Positions 5,279 to 10,155 of a stretch of DNA of 10,155 nucleotides are shown here, piece after piece. The notes under the pieces are model-generated. The model did no database searches. It was not told the origin of the DNA and worked only from the letters and a program-made list of their open reading frames with translations. The stretch is taken from the NCBI GenBank assembly GCA_041288095.1, contig JBGGMJ010000085.1, positions 1 to 10,155 of the forward strand. The letters are read 5' to 3'. The position numbers and the translations under genes are program-made. Every line of letters begins with the position of its first letter. Positions within the stretch are counted from its first letter, which is position 1. The stretch is from Myxococcota bacterium. Lineage in GTDB: Bacteria; Myxococcota; XYA12-FULL-58-9; JALHOP01.

Positions 5279-7987
5279 ATGAAGAGCTGGTTGGCGCGTG
5301 TGGCGGTCTTGAGCAGCGTTGTCGTGGCGTGTGCTTGCGGCGAGGACGTGGGACGAGCACCTGACCTCACAGATTCGGGCGACATCGATTTCGCCGCTGC
5401 GCGACCCTCGCGGCCGCCGCCCACCTGTTTTGCTCAAGACCCGGCCATGGCGTGGATGCACGGTGATACGGGCGCCTCGGCTCCGGGTGCCAGCCAGAAG
5501 CTCGCGACCGGCTTCGCCCTGTGCTCGGACGCGGTCGGCATGGCGAATGGAGTCGACAACTTCTACTGGGTCGGTCAGGGAACGCCGGCTGACTTCACGC
5601 TGACGGCCACGTTGACACGCCTCGACGCGGGTCAGGCCTCGGTCGTGTTCTCGCCGCAGCAAGGCTCGACGGTCGGCGCGCGTTTGCGTCTCACGGTGGC
5701 CAAGGCCTCCAAAGGCTTCACCCTGACGGCAGCGAGCCGCTCGGCCCAATACGCCGCCGAGACGGTGTTGGCCACGAGAACGATGCCGAAGTTGCCGGTG
5801 ACTCTGAGCGTGAAGCGCGTCGACACGCTGCTGCAGCTCTTCGCCGACACAGGGACCGGCCTCAAGCCGATCGCGCAGCTGGACGCGACGAGCGGCGAGC
5901 TCGCGCAGAGCGGCATCGCCATGCTCACCCAAGCCTCGGGGGCGCAGAGCAACTTCGCGCAGGCTGTATTCGAGCGCATCCTCTTTCAGAGCGCGCCGGA
6001 GAAAACCGAGGGTGAGTGCACCGAGGGCTTCGTCGCCACCATGGGTGAACCGCTGCGCATCTTCGGCAGCGATCTGGGCCGCGTGAAGAGCGTCGCCATC
6101 GGTGGTCAGCCGGCGGCCATCCAGAGCCGCGCCGACGACCACATCGTCGTGACCATGCCGACGATCCAGGACGGTGCGACCACGGTGATGCTGCGCACCG
6201 CGACGCAGGAGCATTACGTGCCGGCCGCGCTGACCATCGCGCGACCGGCCCCGACCCCGCCGGCGCTGAGCCTCGTCGTCGACGCGACCGGTAACCGCGT
6301 CATCGAGCTTCGCGAGGGTGACCACGCCTACTTCGAAGGTACGAATCTCCCCAGCGCGGGTGCGGTGCGCATGTGGCTCGGGAGCAGCGAGGCCATCATC
6401 GAGGCTGACAGCACGCCGCAAAGCCTGCACGTGCGTGTCGGCGCGGTGAGCGCGAACGAAGCTGGTTGCCCGCGCTTCTTCGTCCCTTCCGGGCCCGCTG
6501 CTGACCGCGCCAGCTTCGGCGACGTGTACAGCGTACGTGCGAGCTTCGCGCCGCACCTCTGCCCGGCACTCGTAGCCGGCACCGCCACCGCGACCGCGAC
6601 TTCGACGACGAGCTTGCCGCGCTTGACCCAGACCACGAGCCGCGACGGTACGGTGACGGTCTCTGTTCCCAACACGCTCGCGGGTGGTGAGCAGTTGTCG
6701 GTCCTCTGGTCCGCGACCGCTGGACGCACCGTCTCGCGCGGCTCACGCTTCATCGAGCTCGAAGTGCCGACTCTCGTCCTGAGCAGCGCGCAAGATCGCT
6801 ACCGTGAGACGCTCGGAGCGCTCGGCAAGATCCTCGAGGAGAGCATCAATGGCGGCGGTGACGAGGAGCTCTGCGACTGCGAGGTCGAGGTCACCGCGGA
6901 CCCCGACGCCGGGCTGTTGGTCCTCGCGCCCTGCGTGGCCATGCCCGTCGAGCCAGAAGAGCCCGAGCCCGCAATCCCGGGTCTGCCCACGGATCTCGAG
7001 AGCAACAAGCAGATCTGGAGCTTGCTCGGCCTGTCGCAGCCCTATTACCCGCCGCCCGCGAACTGCAACGACGTCTCGCCGTATCTCCACCCGCGTCAGT
7101 ACTCGTGGTGCGCGTTCCTGCGCATGGTGCTCGAGGTTCAGGGCGTGCCGCAGTTCGAGAAGCTGGTGCCGCTCAATCGCGTCGCCGATACCAACGACCC
7201 GACGCCGACCATACCGGAACCGATGCAGCGCGCTATCGCGGACAAGGGCACGATCGTCGAACAGGGCCTGGCGAACCGCTACGTCTCGCTCGGCTACGCC
7301 GATCCGCAGAGCATCGCCGAGCGCATGGACTATTGCGGACCTTCGTTCGACTCACACTGGATGCCGCGCTTCAAGACCGAGGACCGCATGCTCAAGCTGT
7401 TCTGGGCGGTCGAGTCCGAGCTCGGCGGCGTCGACAAGACCAAGCTCTACACCTATCAACCGCCGAGCGGTCCGCGGCAGTACCTCGTCGGCATGCACAT
7501 CGCGGTAGCGCGTTACGACCAGTACGCGGAGCTCGACCCCACGGACAAAGGGTACTTCCGCTGGATTACCTTCTGGGTGCCGAATGTCGGCAACCCCTCG
7601 CAACGCTACAACCAGCAGTGCGCCGCCGACCTCGGTCACAACGACGACAAGCCCGACGCCCTCCAGGGCACCAAGTGGGGTGAGTTCGTCATGTGCAGCG
7701 AGCTCGACGGCTTCAGCAAATGCGGCAATCCGTGGGGACCCCACAACGAGTGCACCGTGAACAGCACACCCGGTTGCGCCACTTGCCACGCCGGGCCCAC
7801 GGGCGGGCGCCTCAACCTCCCCAACGACGACTCCTTCGGCCTGCGTCTCGGCTGGCTCTTCCTGCCGAAGTACAAGAGCGCGCAGATCGAGGCCCACGTG
7901 AATGAGTTCCAGTCGGGCCAGGTCGACTACCCGGGTCTCATGCTGTGCGAGTGGTCGACTCCCCTTGCGCCGGACCCGCCGAACTGA
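5279..7987 (+). CDS. Multidomain lipoprotein: ConA-like/DUF1349-type domain, IPT/TIG-like domains and a C-terminal putative monoheme c-type cytochrome domain, 902 aa
   Basis: RBS AAGGGG before ATG 5279; signal MKSWLARVAVLSSVVVACAC; GDTG...DNFYWVGQ..ADFTLTATL (ConA-like); GEPLRIFGSDLGRVKSVAIGGQPAAIQSRADDHIVVTMP (IPT/TIG); Pro/Glu linker; CATCH at aa 833-837 (7775..7789). Confidence 0.85.
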   Translation: MKSWLARVAVLSSVVVACACGEDVGRAPDLTDSGDIDFAAARPSRPPPTCFAQDPAMAWMHGDTGASAPGASQKLATGFALCSDAVGMANGVDNFYWVGQGTPADFTLTATLTRLDAGQASVVFSPQQGSTVGARLRLTVAKASKGFTLTAASRSAQYAAETVLATRTMPKLPVTLSVKRVDTLLQLFADTGTGLKPIAQLDATSGELAQSGIAMLTQASGAQSNFAQAVFERILFQSAPEKTEGECTEGFVATMGEPLRIFGSDLGRVKSVAIGGQPAAIQSRADDHIVVTMPTIQDGATTVMLRTATQEHYVPAALTIARPAPTPPALSLVVDATGNRVIELREGDHAYFEGTNLPSAGAVRMWLGSSEAIIEADSTPQSLHVRVGAVSANEAGCPRFFVPSGPAADRASFGDVYSVRASFAPHLCPALVAGTATATATSTTSLPRLTQTTSRDGTVTVSVPNTLAGGEQLSVLWSATAGRTVSRGSRFIELEVPTLVLSSAQDRYRETLGALGKILEESINGGGDEELCDCEVEVTADPDAGLLVLAPCVAMPVEPEEPEPAIPGLPTDLESNKQIWSLLGLSQPYYPPPANCNDVSPYLHPRQYSWCAFLRMVLEVQGVPQFEKLVPLNRVADTNDPTPTIPEPMQRAIADKGTIVEQGLANRYVSLGYADPQSIAERMDYCGPSFDSHWMPRFKTEDRMLKLFWAVESELGGVDKTKLYTYQPPSGPRQYLVGMHIAVARYDQYAELDPTDKGYFRWITFWVPNVGNPSQRYNQQCAADLGHNDDKPDALQGTKWGEFVMCSELDGFSKCGNPWGPHNECTVNSTPGCATCHAGPTGGRLNLPNDDSFGLRLGWLFLPKYKSAQIEAHVNEFQSGQVDYPGLMLCEWSTPLAPDPPN

Positions 7988-8015
7988 CGGCGGTGCGAGG
8001 AGACGAGCGGCAGCA

Positions 8016-8291
8016 CTACCAGGCGTAGTGTTGCCGCCAAACGCCGGTCGTCACGTCGTTGGTGTAAAATGCTCCGCCGGCGCGGGCAAAAAACTCCGGC
8101 AGGTACACGTCGCGAGCTCCGTCCAGTTGATGAGCGCTGAACCCCTTCAGGCTCACGGGGCGGCTGACCACCTCCGAACGGTATGCAATGCCGCGGCTGA
8201 CTTTGTCGCGTCGAGACTCAGGCAGCGGCTCCGGACGAGATGTCGCGGCATTCGCGGCGATAGGCAGCACGGAAGAGGCGTCACGGATCAC
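8016..8291 (-). CDS. Small hypothetical protein, 91 aa (start revised from 8582)
   Basis: AAGGAG (8298-8303) lies 6 nt before GTG 8291, in frame with track ORF 8016..8582. It fills the gap between two good genes without overlap. Reads MIRDASSVLPIAANAATSRPEP...GVWRQHYAW. Confidence 0.55.
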   Translation of the reverse strand: MIRDASSVLPIAANAATSRPEPLPESRRDKVSRGIAYRSEVVSRPVSLKGFSAHQLDGARDVYLPEFFARAGGAFYTNDVTTGVWRQHYAW

Positions 8292-8374
8292 AAGACACTC
8301 CTTGGTCAACGCGCCGTTTTCGTCACATCCAGCGGAACGTTGCGGCCACGGCAGCGCCGCGCCGGCACGCCCTG

Positions 8375-8403
8375 TTGGCTTGGCGCCCTGCCCTGTGCAC
8401 ACT
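8375..8403 (+). promoter_or_regulatory. Putative sigma70-type promoter for a leaderless DUF4256 transcript
   Basis: TTGGCT (8375-8380), 17-nt spacer, CACACT (8398-8403), then 7 nt to ATG 8411. No clear Shine-Dalgarno. Confidence 0.35.
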
Positions 8404-8410
8404 ACGAGCC

Positions 8411-8971
8411 ATGGCCAAAGGGAAAGCACGCTCGAGCAAGTCGAGCGCGACCGGAGATCTCCTGGAGACGTTGAAAGCGCGCTTCGAGGCTCATCCGCAT
8501 CGTCACCGCGGGCTCGCCTGGGAAAAGGTCGCGCAGCGCCTCGACGCCGGCGTGCTCGAGAAGCTCGCGGCCATGGAGGCAAGTGGCGGCGAGCCCGATG
8601 TCGCGCTCATCGAAGGAAAGAACGTCATCACCTTCGTGGATTGCGCGGCCGAGAGCCCCTCGGGGCGACGCAGCCTCTGTTACGACCGTGACGCATGGCA
8701 GGCGCGTAAGGAGGCAAGGCCCGCGAACAACGTGCTCGATGTCGCGTCATCGATGGGCATCGAGCTGCTGACCGAAGACGACTATCGCGCCCTCCAAGGC
8801 ATCGAGGCCTTCGACACCAAGACCTCGAGCTGGATAAGCACTCCAGCGCCGATCCGCGCGCTCGGCGGCGCGCTCTTCTGCGACCGCCGCTACGATCACG
8901 TCTTCGTCTACCACAACGGTGCGCAGTCCTATTACGCGGCGAGGGGCTTTCGCGCGAAGCTCCGCGTGTGA
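8411..8971 (+). CDS. DUF4256 domain-containing protein, 186 aa
   Basis: LKARFEAHPHRHRGLAW, MEASGGEPDV, DCAAESPSGRRSLCYD, GIELLTEDDYRALQ, FDTKTSSW, IRALGGALFCDRRYDHVFVYHNGAQSYYAARGFR are characteristic of the family. ATG at 8411. Confidence 0.92.
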   Translation: MAKGKARSSKSSATGDLLETLKARFEAHPHRHRGLAWEKVAQRLDAGVLEKLAAMEASGGEPDVALIEGKNVITFVDCAAESPSGRRSLCYDRDAWQARKEARPANNVLDVASSMGIELLTEDDYRALQGIEAFDTKTSSWISTPAPIRALGGALFCDRRYDHVFVYHNGAQSYYAARGFRAKLRV

Positions 8972-8987
8972 GCGCCGTCGCTAGTCG

Positions 8988-9818
8988 CTAGTCGCTGCTC
9001 TTGCCCGTTTTGACGGACTTGAACACGCTGTCCTTCAGCGTGAACCGCTCGCGTGTCGCCACACTCGCCTTCTCGCCGCCGCTGCCCTCTTCCTCCGACC
9101 AGGTCTTACGAACCACCGTGAGTTGCTGCTTCTTCGGCGCGTACTCGAAGGATACGACCGAATAGTTCGGCGTGTCCCGGAGCCCACCGCTTTCCAGCGC
9201 CGCGAGAGGCTCGCCGCCTTTGAACGACACGAGGGCGCTGTTGTAGTCGCCGCAGGCCTCCGCGTCCGAGTCGATCCGCAACAGGGTCAAGCCCGCTACT
9301 TCCTTGCTCACCAAGGTCACGTGGATCGCGCCACCACAGCATGCATACGCCTGCCCACCCGCCTGGAGATCCAGTTGCTTGACCGCGCCTGCGTCGCGAT
9401 AGCGGACACGCACTTTGTAGTCCGGCGACCACGCGACGGTCGCCGCCTCGACGTCTCCGTCGTCATCCAAGTCCGCGACGAAACCGGCGGGTGTGAGAGC
9501 CGCGCCGAACACGAAACCACGGGCTCCGGTCTCGGTGCTGACCTCGTACCAATAGTCCGCCCGATCGCCGCTCTTCGACACAGCGCTCGATCGCTTGATG
9601 ATCGTGACCTTGCCGGCGAGTTGCAAGCGAGCCACTGATTCGGCCTCCGCCGAAGCAGCCTTGCGCAGGTTGGTTTCGTGCTCGGCAACGAAGAGAGTCG
9701 CGCCGCCGTCCCACTGCGGCACGGTGAAGTCTTCGGCCTTCGCGGCGCCGGGTTCCTTGGGACCGTGGTACACGACATCAATCGGAGCCGCGACGACGAG
9801 CAGGCACGAGAGCAGCAT
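8988..9818 (-). CDS. Exported protein with a bacterial SH3 (SH3b)-like domain, 276 aa (start revised from 9932)
   Basis: Hydrophobic N-terminus MLLSCLLVVAAP; ETNLRKAASAEAESVARL...KVTII...DYWYEVSTETGARGFVFG is the SH3b pattern; followed by ADLDDDGDVE (FG-GAP/EF-like loop) and a beta-rich C-terminal region. Confidence 0.8.
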   Translation of the reverse strand: MLLSCLLVVAAPIDVVYHGPKEPGAAKAEDFTVPQWDGGATLFVAEHETNLRKAASAEAESVARLQLAGKVTIIKRSSAVSKSGDRADYWYEVSTETGARGFVFGAALTPAGFVADLDDDGDVEAATVAWSPDYKVRVRYRDAGAVKQLDLQAGGQAYACCGGAIHVTLVSKEVAGLTLLRIDSDAEACGDYNSALVSFKGGEPLAALESGGLRDTPNYSVVSFEYAPKKQQLTVVRKTWSEEEGSGGEKASVATRERFTLKDSVFKSVKTGKSSD

Positions 9819-9891
9819 CGCCGAACAGCATAGCCCATCCGCCCGTTCGCCCGCGCTTCTACGCTGAGCCAGCCTGCGATATGCCCGGATC

Positions 9892-10155
9892 GTGAACACC
9901 CCGAGACGCAAGACGCGCCGCGACCTTCTCACGGTGTTCCTCTACGCCCGCGCCGTCCTGCGTCAGTTTCGCACGACGTTGATTCTGCTGGGCGCCGCGG
10001 TTCTCCTCGGCGGAACACTGCACGTGTTTCTCGGGGATCCCAGGCCGTCGTCGCTGCTGACCTCTTACTATGACGCCTGGATGGCGATGCTCGGCGAGAA
10101 CGTCATTTCGCAGACGGACTCGTGGGTGCTCGTCCTGCTCTTCGGGTCGTATCCC
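9892..10155 (+). CDS. 5' part of a membrane protein, probably a potassium channel/TrkA-domain family protein (partial)
   Basis: GTG 9892 is open to the window end: MNTPRRKTRRDLLTVFLYARAVLRQFRTTLILLGAAVLLGGTLHVFLGDPRPSSLLTSYYDAWMAMLGENVISQTDSWVLVLLFGSYP. This gives a TM helix, a pore-helix-like segment and the start of a second TM. RCK domains are not in the window. Confidence 0.6.
   Translation, partial: MNTPRRKTRRDLLTVFLYARAVLRQFRTTLILLGAAVLLGGTLHVFLGDPRPSSLLTSYYDAWMAMLGENVISQTDSWVLVLLFGSYP

Noticed and set aside
5249..6556. 435-aa minus-strand ORF and other long overlapping ORFs (e.g. 145..654, 1572..2171, 2355..2930, 6804..7508, 7352..7897, 9123..9638)
   Set aside because: These are shadow or alternate-frame ORFs of well-supported genes in high-GC DNA, with Arg-rich or antisense-type composition and no motifs.
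9819..9932. N-terminal extension of ORF 8988..9932
   Set aside because: It overlaps the divergent membrane-protein gene starting at 9892. ATG 9818 gives a hydrophobic N-terminus with a -10-like hexamer just upstream.
1..10155. Whole window as one operon, defence island or prophage
   Set aside because: Gene orientation alternates almost gene by gene, and no phage, defence or secretion hallmark genes were recognised.

Overview
GC-rich bacterial window. The Cys-rich lipoprotein architecture suggests Myxococcota/deltaproteobacteria, which is an inference. Left to right: (1) the 3' end of a membrane protein gene; (2) a REP-associated HUH/Y1 tyrosine transposase (RAYT-like, 73..768, -) bracketed by 25-bp hairpin-forming inverted repeats (75..99 and 936..960), followed by a perfect 20-bp palindrome; (3) a 177-aa orphan; (4) a 751-aa Cys-rich lipoprotein with seven tandem disintegrin-like repeats and a three-fold repeated C-terminal domain; (5) a 156-aa orphan; (6) a MarR regulator divergent from (7) a 902-aa lipoprotein with ConA-like and IPT/TIG-like domains and a C-terminal Cys-rich domain carrying one CxxCH, with five GTT-N8-AAC-like boxes at a 15-bp period between the two genes; (8) a probable 91-aa small gene hidden in a longer ORF call; (9) a DUF4256 protein; (10) an SH3b-like exported protein; (11) the 5' part of a probable K+ channel/TrkA-type membrane protein. 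No rRNA, tRNA or CRISPR array was seen. All family assignments come from motif recognition by eye, not database searches.
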